A stretch of 62,709 nucleotides of DNA, the filler included, from Stramenopiles sp. TOSAG23-6 (taxonomy: Eukaryota), in NCBI GenBank assembly GCA_900128565.1. It is 17 parts of 17 records of this genome, joined end to end, with 100 filler letters (N's around TTAATTAATTAA, not from the genome) between each part and the next. Parts side by side here need not be neighbours in the genome. Positions count along the whole stretch, not along the records: positions 11,159 to 14,769 come from LT637440.1; positions 14,870 to 18,472 come from LT637441.1; positions 18,573 to 22,175 come from LT637442.1; positions 22,276 to 25,878 come from LT637443.1; 13 more parts are not named here. The stretch is one strand, 5' to 3'. The notes below the pieces were generated by a model. It ran no database searches. It worked only from the letters and a program-made list of their open reading frames with translations, and was not told where the DNA came from. Position numbers and translations under genes: made by a program. Shown piece after piece: positions 11,537 through 25,978 of the stretch; the first letter of the stretch is position 1, and every line of letters starts with the position of its first letter.

Positions 11537-13664
11537 TTAAAATGAAACTTTAGTGATTGGTTCATCATTATTTCTTTGGACTTTTATATAAAATGGTCCT
11601 CTATCAAACGATTTTTGCAAGTCTTGTACGATTTCATTACCTAATAAATTTCTCCTTGGACATCGAAGTGCAGCTGCTATAATAGAATACTTCCCTTCAC
11701 TGCATTCTTTGGGAAAACCAAGTTCAGAATTGGTATCAAATAAAAACTCTTTAAAACTTTCAGATAAAAAAAGTTGTCGGAGGCCCCAACCTGATTTTTG
11801 TTCCGCCGCAGCAGTCAATGCAGAAAATAAGGTACAACGTAATGCACAACGATCAGTTGATAGGAGAGGTTGTGAAGCTTTCCCAGAAATAATTGAACGA
11901 ATACTGTTTTTAGAAAAATATGTTTACAATTTGAAATTTGTTAGGTCTAAAATATATTTGAAATCTTAGAAATAGGTACAAAAATAAAACTCGAAATTGA
12001 AACTATATTTGAAATTGAAATTTGAAATGAATAATAAAAAAAAGAAAAACATACATAAAGGCTACACCACCACTACCATCCCATAAAAGAGAATTTTTTT
12101 CTTGAGAATAGTCTAGATCTTTTGTTGTCGTTAGAAGTGACGTAATAGCCACCCACGCAGAAATCCCAAGTTCAATATTTCGTGTATGATTTAATGCGGC
12201 TTTCATCCAATGGCTTAATATTTCATGAGTTGTTTTCTGGGCATTATCTAACTGTGTTATTTGGCCTTCTGCATTGCTTTCACTTTGCATAAAAAGAGTT
12301 TCATAACAATCCTTTGAGCAAGACGCCCATTTCACAATGCAATCAAGTGCAATGGCCGAAGCTTGTTCGCCACATTCCTCGCGCAATGCTCGTAATATTG
12401 CACATAAGAAAGCACACTCTTCAATTTGTGCATGTTGTAAATAACGTAATTTTTGAGAGGACATATTTAATTCTCCATCCTCCTCCATTTTCCACTTTGC
12501 TGCATTTGATGAACAGCATATAGCTGCACGAGATACAATGTTAAGTGCAATACCAGAGCACATTGCAGCCATCATATTTCCACCAGCATTACCTTGATCG
12601 AATGAACTTGTTTTAGTTTCATTAATTGCATAATAATTTGACGGTACAACGACACCAAGTATCGAATATAATAATTTTATTATACCATTATTTCTAACGT
12701 ATAATACTCCATGTAGTTTGGAAAAATATTTCAAAAAAAAAAACCAAAAATTGTTAGGTACAAAATTTCGTACGAAAAAAAAATTCAAATTTGAAAAAAA
12801 ATAAAACATACATAAAACGTCGAGACTAGAAGAGGCAAAGTTTCTAATATAGCAAGTTGAAGTAACAAATCCGTTCCAGATAATACATCGGAAATACTAT
12901 TCAAGGCACCGACTTCACACACAGTGTGTGATGCTAAAAAATATATCAGTGAAAAAAATTGTTAGATATAAAAATTTTCTATGAAAAAAAAAATAAATTC
13001 GAAATTCATGATGAGAACAAACATCGCAATGAACACTTGACAAGACAGCAATTCGAACATTTAATTCAAGAACTCGAGCAAGAATGGTAGATGCGGAGTC
13101 TTTCATCGCCCAGGCTTTCTCAAAAGTGATAATTTGGTCAAGTAAAGCAAGTAATGTTTCTGTGTTACGAGCGTAACAGATGAGGACTTCAATGGTAAGT
13201 TCAGCGACAGCTGTATCTTCAGCAGCCAAGCACTGAACAACAGATTTTGTAATATCGGGTGTTTGTAATATCGATGTATCCAAACTATCCAGAGGTTGAC
13301 ATGTAGACAATGTGGGAGAAAAACTACGCAATATATGACGCAAAGCTAAAGTACAAATCCGTGGGTTGCCAGAGGACAGAGCCATGGTCAAACACGGTGC
13401 AACTTCTGCGCTAACCAGCAAGTTTAGTCCATTTGGTGAGTAAAATATTCTATTCAAAACCTTGCAAATGAGACGAATACGTTCGCCAGCATCTGTACTA
13501 TTTTGACGGCAAGTGATGAGGAGTCCTCCAAATATTGACTGAAACGGATGTAATTTGAGTAATGCATCAACGTCAGACGTAGACGATATTTCTTCCATAG
13601 ACGTAGATGCTTTATGTTCAAACGAAGTCAAATTATTCCAAAACGACTCCATTAAGTTCTCCAT
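11537..13664 (-). CDS. PSMD5: 26S proteasome assembly chaperone PSMD5/S5b/Hsm3-like ARM protein; introns ~12926-13022, 12711-12811, 11904-12054
   Basis: Helical-repeat protein with DLLLQLAILE, EFLFDTNSE...EGKYSII and C-terminal GPFY, recalled as PSMD5-like. Frames join across three family introns. Confidence 0.65.
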
Positions 13665-14212
13665 TGGAGTCACTTTCTTTCTTCCAATCCTTGAATTCAA
13701 CTACTTTATGTTACTACTGTTGTATATATAGCTACAGTAAGGTAGTAAAGGTAAGGTTCGTGTGGAACAAGAAGGCAGACGCGAATTTGACCATGAATCA
13801 TGATGTTTTACAAGTTGACACGTGTAGAATCCCAAATCGATTTGGATTTCGTGTTAACAACAAAAGCATAAGATTATTCATACAACAATCGTTTGAAAAA
13901 GATACCAAAACACGATCGATGAATATGCCAAAGAATGAATTTCCAAATTTTATATCATTTTATAGTTTATAATTTTATAATGGATTTTGTGAATAATAAT
14001 AATAATAATATTCGTTTTAAAAGATTCCAATAAAAAAACGTATGAAAAAAATGGTATGGAATCTATAATAATGATAGTATTAATCTTATCGAGTATCGAC
14101 TGATACAACATTAAGTAGAAGGTGGAGCACTTTTATGAATTTCTTTCAATTTCATATTATTAAATTTGTGCTTCCTTTTCTTCTGTATATAAAAGAATCA
14201 TGGAAATTTTTC

Positions 14213-14715
14213 CTACAATAATAACCACCTTGTTGGACTTTTACATGCATCTCTTGCATGTATTGTGAAAAACAAAATTGTAAGAAATTTGTTAGGTACA
14301 AAATTTCGTATGAAAAAAAAATGTAGACAAAAAAATTCATGATGAAAACCTACATGCTTCTCAAAAATTCGAAGCTGTTTTTGCTTTCTTCTTTCTTTTT
14401 TCGCTACTTTTCTTTGTTTTTCATACAAACCAATTCTCGATCGTTTACGACCAAATTTTGAGCTTTCTACATTTCGACAGTGATTTTTCCACCGAAAGAG
14501 TTGATTGCGATACTCATTTACTCTTTTTATCTCATTCAATATATATTGTAAAAAAAAATTTAAATTGTTTTTTGTTAGGTACAAAATTTCGTATGAAAAA
14601 TAAATGAATTTAAATTCATGAAAACATATGATTCTTCTTCATTTAATGAAACTAAATGTGGTACATTCGAAAGCGCCATAGACAAAGCATCTGCATTTGT
14701 GGGTTTATTTGTTGG
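14213..14715 (-). CDS. 3' exons of unknown basic protein (14630-14715, 14354-14540, 14213-14257)
   Basis: Open frames joined by family introns 14541-14629 and 14258-14353; no homology recognised. Confidence 0.45.
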
Positions 14716-14869
14716 ATGTATTTTGGAAAAATATTTCAAAAAAAAAAAAACTAAAATTTGTTAGGTACANNNNNNNNNNNNNNNNNNNNNNNNNNNNNNN
14801 NNNNNNNNNNNNNTTAATTAATTAANNNNNNNNNNNNNNNNNNNNNNNNNNNNNNNNNNNNNNNNNNNN

Positions 14870-17050
14870 AATGTCGGTGATAATGGACGGGAAAGTAATT
14901 CTTCTCTGAACTTTAACTCTAAATTATGAGAACTTTCAATAGTTCTGTTTGTATTTTTTATAAACTCTTCCTGTAATTTTAGAAATACATCATCCTCATT
15001 TTTATTTGAATCGTCGACGCTTTCAATTGGTAACAACGGTAAACTTTTTCGAGCAGATTTCCAAGAGTTAATGATATCATTGTATATATCATCCAAATTC
15101 ATTTTTTCAAGAACTGTCTTGCGGGTAATTTTTGATGTTAATCCTAACGACACCTCTTCAAACTTTTCGAATAGTTTTACATCAGGTTTTGTTAGTTTTC
15201 CTGCGATATGAAGTTCAGGGAAATTATTCATATTAAGTTCTACAAATTGGGATATTGTGAATGGTGGAATAAATTTTTTATCATATCCTTTATCCCATTC
15301 GTAATCTTTACCGCTAATTAAATGAGACCCAGGAAATTGAACATGAGGGTAGTGTTGAATTTCATTATACCACCATGAGTATGTCATCATCGGCTGATGT
15401 AGGATTGTCAAGTCTGTTCTAAATCCTTCACAAAGTGTCAAGTAGCGGAGAACTGTCCATTGTAAGTCGTAAGTAGTTATTAGAAGGGAACCCTGAGGAA
15501 TATGCGAAACAAGAGCTTTTCCATATTCTTCAATATAATGAGCATTGCTCATATCTTGCTCTGGGTACCAGTAGTCTGTTTGGTATTTAATCATGTATGC
15601 ACCGACTCCAGCAATGATGAAGAGATAGAAGTACCAAATTTTGATTTTCAAAGATTCCTTCGATATCCATGAAGATAAGCTAAATTTGCACAGAATATAT
15701 TCAATTCTACAAACGTCAAAAAGTACATGAAGCCAAGCTGAAGCTCCGACCCCAAATGTAATGAAGATAATAACATTTGGTTGCATCCAAAATCTCATAT
15801 GAACGCCAAACAACAACCCTTGGGACAGTGGGATATTAGATAATGTATGGAAAATTATCAAGTAAAATGCCCAGGTGAATAATAGAATTTGTCCAATGGA
15901 ATTTTGTGCTTTTGATAATTGTTTTTTTTGGGTGCTTTTAGATTCCCCTTTACGACCCCTGTCACGTAGTAATGTTTTTATTGAAGTGATTCTTTTTGAA
16001 ACTACTTTTTTCCTATTAATATATGGACTATGAGGGATTTCTCCCATACCAAACTGCCACATAACCTTGAAACCTACAAAGATAAAAGGAATACACAATG
16101 GTGAAGGCAACTCTCGTGTAAATAGATCAGAGAAATAATTAAATAACCTCTCCATTAAACCTGCGACCTTTTCATTTGCACGATTTCCAGAATATAACTG
16201 AAGCGTTCCATAATCAGCACGGCGGAAATGATGGAAAAAACCACACGTATTGAGAAAAAATATTTTTTTTGTAAAATTTGTTAGGTACGAAATTTCGTAG
16301 GAAAAAAAATAAATTCGAAATTCATAATGAAAACGTACTTATTGTTCCCGTATTTCCCCAACTAGATGGATTAGGAAAATATTTTTCAGCGACTATTAGA
16401 TATAAGTATGGAGTTAAACCAAGAAGATAGTAACCAGCTAGTCGCCAAAACAAAGCTTTAGTAAGTACCCGTTGATGAAACAAAATCCAAAGAAACCAGG
16501 AAATTAAAGGTATCTGAAACAGTACTGTTGTATGTTGGTTACACATTGCCAAACCACAACAAAATGAACCAAAAATAGCAACATTCGGATCATTTTTCTT
16601 TGAAAATAAACATGTAAGATAGACAATCAAGGCTGCAAAAAAATTATTCATTGCAAACACTTCACTTGATATTGCGTACAACCAGACAAGTGGGGATATT
16701 GAATAGAGAATACCAGCCAGGGCGGCGACGACAATATTACCTCGTCTTGTATCACGGGTTAATAAATCAACACTTAGGAATACAAAAACACCAGCTAATG
16801 AGGCAAAACAACATGACATCATATTTGATCGCCACGCTGGAGTACCACCTAACCATTCCATTCGCTTTGTAGCTATGTTGGATAACAATATAAATAGTGG
16901 ATATCCTGGAGGATGAGCAACACCAAGGCTACATGACTCTGCAACTAATTCACCACTATCACCTCCAGCAACAGTCGGATACACTGTCTGTATGTATATT
17001 GACATTGGTATTGCAAACACAAGTGCAGAAACTGTTAGTAAAAGCATCAT
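14870..17050 (-). CDS. TMEM260: TMEM260/DUF2723 family protein O-mannosyltransferase-like, 3'-truncated; intron 16245-16338 (copy 1 of 4)
   Basis: PTVAGGDSGEL...GVAHPPGYPLF, EVFAMNNFF, NQHT, and WGNTGTISGFFHHFRRADYGTLQL across the intron, plus RFWMQPN. Confidence 0.92.
16245..16338 (-). other. GT-GT intron in TMEM260
   Basis: ata a|GTACGT...TCGTACCTAAC...CTCAATACGT|gt ggt; no AG lies between the branch box and the conserved GFFHHFRRADYG exon. Confidence 0.8.
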
Positions 17051-17286
17051 AGATGCTTTTCCCGGTTTCGCTTGATCTTTCCTTTTTGAAAAGCTAAAGA
17101 GAGAGAGAAGAAGTCGCTGCTGTTGCTTGTTCCTAAAGATTTTTTGAACGATTTTGAATTTTGAGATTTATTTCGTGTTTTTTGAAGTTTGAAACTCGAA
17201 CTGAACTCGCTCCTTCAGCTCTTATTTTATTTTTAAAACTTTTTTTATCTCCTCGATCTTTCGCTTTCGAGTGAGTGAGTGTGACT

Positions 17287-18472
17287 ATGATATCTTTTTC
17301 TATTCTCCTCGGTATAGTTGCAATCGCTACCGTGTGCATTATTTACGATCAATCTGAAAAAAATCAACATCGTCGTTTGGATATATCGTTAAATTCGGAA
17401 TTGCGTCACCGACGTCTAGTTTCTTCAGTAGATGGTGACGCGTATGTATCTATGGATAGTGTTGGCTCTTGGGGAGGAAAGTGTACTTGCCCTAGTGGAG
17501 AAGTATTTGCAGTAGGAGATTTGAAACAATCGTGCAAAAATCTTGCATGCTTTGGCGGAACAACAACAACTCCAAAGTGTGACCCGGATAAGAAAACATC
17601 AGGAAATTGGAGTAAAAAGAGTGTTCACTGTGGTGGATCTCTTCACCTACAATATCTTCAGGATTCAGCTTTAACTATGAAAGATGCAGCGAGTGCAAGC
17701 TCTAGTAGCATCGACGTGATATATGATAATATGGAAGGCGCGGGAGGATATGGTGGAACTTGTCTTTGCCCTTCAGGAAAAGCTTACTTCGCTGGTGATG
17801 CAAATGGCAGCTCTTGCAAAGACATAATGTGCTTTGGTGGTGTTATGACAAGCTGTCAAAAATTTGAAAATACCTTATGGAAGAATAAAGGTGTTGCATG
17901 TAGCGCAATGATCAGTGGTACCGTGGGTGAAGCTGTAAAGAAACACGAATCTGCAAAAAAAATACTTAAAGCAGCACAAGTTGAATTTACAGAGGCAAGT
18001 GGAGGAACTACACAATGTGCTCAAGAAATCAGGGGCTATGACGATTGTATCTGTAAAGGTGGACAAATTAGGATGGGATATTCACATCGTTGGACTCACT
18101 GGATAAGAAGCGATCGAATGACATGCAACTTTGAAAATTGGCGAAAAGATCCTTATCAAGGTAAAGCAAAAATCTGTCAATGTAAAATAGAACCAAAAGA
18201 TGAAAAAACTATAGAAAACGCGAAGGATGCTTTAGTTACAGCAACGACAAATGAAAATGACACGAAAATTGTAAGAGAAAAAATGGTAAAAGATGATAAA
18301 GAGAAAAAGTCGCTGTTTAAGATAGCACTGGAAACTTCACCTAATAATTATAAAGAAGCTTACAATGATTTGTTGGCAGCTAAAGCAATAGCTGATGCAA
18401 AAGCTGAAGCAGATGCAAAAGCAAAAGCTGAAGCAGATGCTAAAGCAAAAGCTGAAGCAGATGCTAAAGCAA
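17287..18472 (+). CDS. Secreted or anchored Cys-rich protein with AKAEADAK repeats, 3'-truncated (copy 1 of 4)
   Basis: N-terminal hydrophobic segment, two GGxCxCPSG...GD...SC..CFGG modules, a CxCxGG...DPYQGKAKICQC module, then Ala/Lys/Glu repeats running into the gap. Divergent from TMEM260. Confidence 0.75.
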
Positions 18473-18572
18473 NNNNNNNNNNNNNNNNNNNNNNNNNNNN
18501 NNNNNNNNNNNNNNNNTTAATTAATTAANNNNNNNNNNNNNNNNNNNNNNNNNNNNNNNNNNNNNNNNNNNN

Positions 18573-20753
18573 AATGTCGGTGATAATGGACGGGAAAGTA
18601 ATTCTTCTCTGAACTTTAACTCTAAATTATGAGAACTTTCAATAGTTCTGTTTGTATTTTTTATAAACTCTTCCTGTAATTTTAGAAATACATCATCCTC
18701 ATTTTTATTTGAATCGTCGACGCTTTCAATTGGTAACAACGGTAAACTTTTTCGAGCAGATTTCCAAGAGTTAATGATATCATTGTATATATCATCCAAA
18801 TTCATTTTTTCAAGAACTGTCTTGCGGGTAATTTTTGATGTTAATCCTAACGACACCTCTTCAAACTTTTCGAATAGTTTTACATCAGGTTTTGTTAGTT
18901 TTCCTGCGATATGAAGTTCAGGGAAATTATTCATATTAAGTTCTACAAATTGGGATATTGTGAATGGTGGAATAAATTTTTTATCATATCCTTTATCCCA
19001 TTCGTAATCTTTACCGCTAATTAAATGAGACCCAGGAAATTGAACATGAGGGTAGTGTTGAATTTCATTATACCACCATGAGTATGTCATCATCGGCTGA
19101 TGTAGGATTGTCAAGTCTGTTCTAAATCCTTCACAAAGTGTCAAGTAGCGGAGAACTGTCCATTGTAAGTCGTAAGTAGTTATTAGAAGGGAACCCTGAG
19201 GAATATGCGAAACAAGAGCTTTTCCATATTCTTCAATATAATGAGCATTGCTCATATCTTGCTCTGGGTACCAGTAGTCTGTTTGGTATTTAATCATGTA
19301 TGCACCGACTCCAGCAATGATGAAGAGATAGAAGTACCAAATTTTGATTTTCAAAGATTCCTTCGATATCCATGAAGATAAGCTAAATTTGCACAGAATA
19401 TATTCAATTCTACAAACGTCAAAAAGTACATGAAGCCAAGCTGAAGCTCCGACCCCAAATGTAATGAAGATAATAACATTTGGTTGCATCCAAAATCTCA
19501 TATGAACGCCAAACAACAACCCTTGGGACAGTGGGATATTAGATAATGTATGGAAAATTATCAAGTAAAATGCCCAGGTGAATAATAGAATTTGTCCAAT
19601 GGAATTTTGTGCTTTTGATAATTGTTTTTTTTGGGTGCTTTTAGATTCCCCTTTACGACCCCTGTCACGTAGTAATGTTTTTATTGAAGTGATTCTTTTT
19701 GAAACTACTTTTTTCCTATTAATATATGGACTATGAGGGATTTCTCCCATACCAAACTGCCACATAACCTTGAAACCTACAAAGATAAAAGGAATACACA
19801 ATGGTGAAGGCAACTCTCGTGTAAATAGATCAGAGAAATAATTAAATAACCTCTCCATTAAACCTGCGACCTTTTCATTTGCACGATTTCCAGAATATAA
19901 CTGAAGCGTTCCATAATCAGCACGGCGGAAATGATGGAAAAAACCACACGTATTGAGAAAAAATATTTTTTTTGTAAAATTTGTTAGGTACGAAATTTCG
20001 TAGGAAAAAAAATAAATTCGAAATTCATAATGAAAACGTACTTATTGTTCCCGTATTTCCCCAACTAGATGGATTAGGAAAATATTTTTCAGCGACTATT
20101 AGATATAAGTATGGAGTTAAACCAAGAAGATAGTAACCAGCTAGTCGCCAAAACAAAGCTTTAGTAAGTACCCGTTGATGAAACAAAATCCAAAGAAACC
20201 AGGAAATTAAAGGTATCTGAAACAGTACTGTTGTATGTTGGTTACACATTGCCAAACCACAACAAAATGAACCAAAAATAGCAACATTCGGATCATTTTT
20301 CTTTGAAAATAAACATGTAAGATAGACAATCAAGGCTGCAAAAAAATTATTCATTGCAAACACTTCACTTGATATTGCGTACAACCAGACAAGTGGGGAT
20401 ATTGAATAGAGAATACCAGCCAGGGCGGCGACGACAATATTACCTCGTCTTGTATCACGGGTTAATAAATCAACACTTAGGAATACAAAAACACCAGCTA
20501 ATGAGGCAAAACAACATGACATCATATTTGATCGCCACGCTGGAGTACCACCTAACCATTCCATTCGCTTTGTAGCTATGTTGGATAACAATATAAATAG
20601 TGGATATCCTGGAGGATGAGCAACACCAAGGCTACATGACTCTGCAACTAATTCACCACTATCACCTCCAGCAACAGTCGGATACACTGTCTGTATGTAT
20701 ATTGACATTGGTATTGCAAACACAAGTGCAGAAACTGTTAGTAAAAGCATCAT
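18573..20753 (-). CDS. TMEM260: TMEM260, duplicate contig copy 2
   Basis: Same translation as copy 1, offset 3703. Confidence 0.9.
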
Positions 20754-20989
20754 AGATGCTTTTCCCGGTTTCGCTTGATCTTTCCTTTTTGAAAAGCTAA
20801 AGAGAGAGAGAAGAAGTCGCTGCTGTTGCTTGTTCCTAAAGATTTTTTGAACGATTTTGAATTTTGAGATTTATTTCGTGTTTTTTGAAGTTTGAAACTC
20901 GAACTGAACTCGCTCCTTCAGCTCTTATTTTATTTTTAAAACTTTTTTTATCTCCTCGATCTTTCGCTTTCGAGTGAGTGAGTGTGACT

Positions 20990-22175
20990 ATGATATCTTT
21001 TTCTATTCTCCTCGGTATAGTTGCAATCGCTACCGTGTGCATTATTTACGATCAATCTGAAAAAAATCAACATCGTCGTTTGGATATATCGTTAAATTCG
21101 GAATTGCGTCACCGACGTCTAGTTTCTTCAGTAGATGGTGACGCGTATGTATCTATGGATAGTGTTGGCTCTTGGGGAGGAAAGTGTACTTGCCCTAGTG
21201 GAGAAGTATTTGCAGTAGGAGATTTGAAACAATCGTGCAAAAATCTTGCATGCTTTGGCGGAACAACAACAACTCCAAAGTGTGACCCGGATAAGAAAAC
21301 ATCAGGAAATTGGAGTAAAAAGAGTGTTCACTGTGGTGGATCTCTTCACCTACAATATCTTCAGGATTCAGCTTTAACTATGAAAGATGCAGCGAGTGCA
21401 AGCTCTAGTAGCATCGACGTGATATATGATAATATGGAAGGCGCGGGAGGATATGGTGGAACTTGTCTTTGCCCTTCAGGAAAAGCTTACTTCGCTGGTG
21501 ATGCAAATGGCAGCTCTTGCAAAGACATAATGTGCTTTGGTGGTGTTATGACAAGCTGTCAAAAATTTGAAAATACCTTATGGAAGAATAAAGGTGTTGC
21601 ATGTAGCGCAATGATCAGTGGTACCGTGGGTGAAGCTGTAAAGAAACACGAATCTGCAAAAAAAATACTTAAAGCAGCACAAGTTGAATTTACAGAGGCA
21701 AGTGGAGGAACTACACAATGTGCTCAAGAAATCAGGGGCTATGACGATTGTATCTGTAAAGGTGGACAAATTAGGATGGGATATTCACATCGTTGGACTC
21801 ACTGGATAAGAAGCGATCGAATGACATGCAACTTTGAAAATTGGCGAAAAGATCCTTATCAAGGTAAAGCAAAAATCTGTCAATGTAAAATAGAACCAAA
21901 AGATGAAAAAACTATAGAAAACGCGAAGGATGCTTTAGTTACAGCAACGACAAATGAAAATGACACGAAAATTGTAAGAGAAAAAATGGTAAAAGATGAT
22001 AAAGAGAAAAAGTCGCTGTTTAAGATAGCACTGGAAACTTCACCTAATAATTATAAAGAAGCTTACAATGATTTGTTGGCAGCTAAAGCAATAGCTGATG
22101 CAAAAGCTGAAGCAGATGCAAAAGCAAAAGCTGAAGCAGATGCTAAAGCAAAAGCTGAAGCAGATGCTAAAGCAA
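20990..22175 (+). CDS. Cys-rich AKAEADAK protein, copy 2
   Basis: Same translation as copy 1. Confidence 0.75.
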
Positions 22176-22275
22176 NNNNNNNNNNNNNNNNNNNNNNNNN
22201 NNNNNNNNNNNNNNNNNNNTTAATTAATTAANNNNNNNNNNNNNNNNNNNNNNNNNNNNNNNNNNNNNNNNNNNN

Positions 22276-24456
22276 AATGTCGGTGATAATGGACGGGAAA
22301 GTAATTCTTCTCTGAACTTTAACTCTAAATTATGAGAACTTTCAATAGTTCTGTTTGTATTTTTTATAAACTCTTCCTGTAATTTTAGAAATACATCATC
22401 CTCATTTTTATTTGAATCGTCGACGCTTTCAATTGGTAACAACGGTAAACTTTTTCGAGCAGATTTCCAAGAGTTAATGATATCATTGTATATATCATCC
22501 AAATTCATTTTTTCAAGAACTGTCTTGCGGGTAATTTTTGATGTTAATCCTAACGACACCTCTTCAAACTTTTCGAATAGTTTTACATCAGGTTTTGTTA
22601 GTTTTCCTGCGATATGAAGTTCAGGGAAATTATTCATATTAAGTTCTACAAATTGGGATATTGTGAATGGTGGAATAAATTTTTTATCATATCCTTTATC
22701 CCATTCGTAATCTTTACCGCTAATTAAATGAGACCCAGGAAATTGAACATGAGGGTAGTGTTGAATTTCATTATACCACCATGAGTATGTCATCATCGGC
22801 TGATGTAGGATTGTCAAGTCTGTTCTAAATCCTTCACAAAGTGTCAAGTAGCGGAGAACTGTCCATTGTAAGTCGTAAGTAGTTATTAGAAGGGAACCCT
22901 GAGGAATATGCGAAACAAGAGCTTTTCCATATTCTTCAATATAATGAGCATTGCTCATATCTTGCTCTGGGTACCAGTAGTCTGTTTGGTATTTAATCAT
23001 GTATGCACCGACTCCAGCAATGATGAAGAGATAGAAGTACCAAATTTTGATTTTCAAAGATTCCTTCGATATCCATGAAGATAAGCTAAATTTGCACAGA
23101 ATATATTCAATTCTACAAACGTCAAAAAGTACATGAAGCCAAGCTGAAGCTCCGACCCCAAATGTAATGAAGATAATAACATTTGGTTGCATCCAAAATC
23201 TCATATGAACGCCAAACAACAACCCTTGGGACAGTGGGATATTAGATAATGTATGGAAAATTATCAAGTAAAATGCCCAGGTGAATAATAGAATTTGTCC
23301 AATGGAATTTTGTGCTTTTGATAATTGTTTTTTTTGGGTGCTTTTAGATTCCCCTTTACGACCCCTGTCACGTAGTAATGTTTTTATTGAAGTGATTCTT
23401 TTTGAAACTACTTTTTTCCTATTAATATATGGACTATGAGGGATTTCTCCCATACCAAACTGCCACATAACCTTGAAACCTACAAAGATAAAAGGAATAC
23501 ACAATGGTGAAGGCAACTCTCGTGTAAATAGATCAGAGAAATAATTAAATAACCTCTCCATTAAACCTGCGACCTTTTCATTTGCACGATTTCCAGAATA
23601 TAACTGAAGCGTTCCATAATCAGCACGGCGGAAATGATGGAAAAAACCACACGTATTGAGAAAAAATATTTTTTTTGTAAAATTTGTTAGGTACGAAATT
23701 TCGTAGGAAAAAAAATAAATTCGAAATTCATAATGAAAACGTACTTATTGTTCCCGTATTTCCCCAACTAGATGGATTAGGAAAATATTTTTCAGCGACT
23801 ATTAGATATAAGTATGGAGTTAAACCAAGAAGATAGTAACCAGCTAGTCGCCAAAACAAAGCTTTAGTAAGTACCCGTTGATGAAACAAAATCCAAAGAA
23901 ACCAGGAAATTAAAGGTATCTGAAACAGTACTGTTGTATGTTGGTTACACATTGCCAAACCACAACAAAATGAACCAAAAATAGCAACATTCGGATCATT
24001 TTTCTTTGAAAATAAACATGTAAGATAGACAATCAAGGCTGCAAAAAAATTATTCATTGCAAACACTTCACTTGATATTGCGTACAACCAGACAAGTGGG
24101 GATATTGAATAGAGAATACCAGCCAGGGCGGCGACGACAATATTACCTCGTCTTGTATCACGGGTTAATAAATCAACACTTAGGAATACAAAAACACCAG
24201 CTAATGAGGCAAAACAACATGACATCATATTTGATCGCCACGCTGGAGTACCACCTAACCATTCCATTCGCTTTGTAGCTATGTTGGATAACAATATAAA
24301 TAGTGGATATCCTGGAGGATGAGCAACACCAAGGCTACATGACTCTGCAACTAATTCACCACTATCACCTCCAGCAACAGTCGGATACACTGTCTGTATG
24401 TATATTGACATTGGTATTGCAAACACAAGTGCAGAAACTGTTAGTAAAAGCATCAT
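22276..24456 (-). CDS. TMEM260: TMEM260, duplicate contig copy 3
   Basis: Same translation as copy 1. Confidence 0.9.
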
Positions 24457-24692
24457 AGATGCTTTTCCCGGTTTCGCTTGATCTTTCCTTTTTGAAAAGC
24501 TAAAGAGAGAGAGAAGAAGTCGCTGCTGTTGCTTGTTCCTAAAGATTTTTTGAACGATTTTGAATTTTGAGATTTATTTCGTGTTTTTTGAAGTTTGAAA
24601 CTCGAACTGAACTCGCTCCTTCAGCTCTTATTTTATTTTTAAAACTTTTTTTATCTCCTCGATCTTTCGCTTTCGAGTGAGTGAGTGTGACT

Positions 24693-25878
24693 ATGATATC
24701 TTTTTCTATTCTCCTCGGTATAGTTGCAATCGCTACCGTGTGCATTATTTACGATCAATCTGAAAAAAATCAACATCGTCGTTTGGATATATCGTTAAAT
24801 TCGGAATTGCGTCACCGACGTCTAGTTTCTTCAGTAGATGGTGACGCGTATGTATCTATGGATAGTGTTGGCTCTTGGGGAGGAAAGTGTACTTGCCCTA
24901 GTGGAGAAGTATTTGCAGTAGGAGATTTGAAACAATCGTGCAAAAATCTTGCATGCTTTGGCGGAACAACAACAACTCCAAAGTGTGACCCGGATAAGAA
25001 AACATCAGGAAATTGGAGTAAAAAGAGTGTTCACTGTGGTGGATCTCTTCACCTACAATATCTTCAGGATTCAGCTTTAACTATGAAAGATGCAGCGAGT
25101 GCAAGCTCTAGTAGCATCGACGTGATATATGATAATATGGAAGGCGCGGGAGGATATGGTGGAACTTGTCTTTGCCCTTCAGGAAAAGCTTACTTCGCTG
25201 GTGATGCAAATGGCAGCTCTTGCAAAGACATAATGTGCTTTGGTGGTGTTATGACAAGCTGTCAAAAATTTGAAAATACCTTATGGAAGAATAAAGGTGT
25301 TGCATGTAGCGCAATGATCAGTGGTACCGTGGGTGAAGCTGTAAAGAAACACGAATCTGCAAAAAAAATACTTAAAGCAGCACAAGTTGAATTTACAGAG
25401 GCAAGTGGAGGAACTACACAATGTGCTCAAGAAATCAGGGGCTATGACGATTGTATCTGTAAAGGTGGACAAATTAGGATGGGATATTCACATCGTTGGA
25501 CTCACTGGATAAGAAGCGATCGAATGACATGCAACTTTGAAAATTGGCGAAAAGATCCTTATCAAGGTAAAGCAAAAATCTGTCAATGTAAAATAGAACC
25601 AAAAGATGAAAAAACTATAGAAAACGCGAAGGATGCTTTAGTTACAGCAACGACAAATGAAAATGACACGAAAATTGTAAGAGAAAAAATGGTAAAAGAT
25701 GATAAAGAGAAAAAGTCGCTGTTTAAGATAGCACTGGAAACTTCACCTAATAATTATAAAGAAGCTTACAATGATTTGTTGGCAGCTAAAGCAATAGCTG
25801 ATGCAAAAGCTGAAGCAGATGCAAAAGCAAAAGCTGAAGCAGATGCTAAAGCAAAAGCTGAAGCAGATGCTAAAGCAA
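24693..25878 (+). CDS. Cys-rich AKAEADAK protein, copy 3
   Basis: Same translation as copy 1. Confidence 0.75.
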
Positions 25879-25978
25879 NNNNNNNNNNNNNNNNNNNNNN
25901 NNNNNNNNNNNNNNNNNNNNNNTTAATTAATTAANNNNNNNNNNNNNNNNNNNNNNNNNNNNNNNNNNNNNNNNNNNN

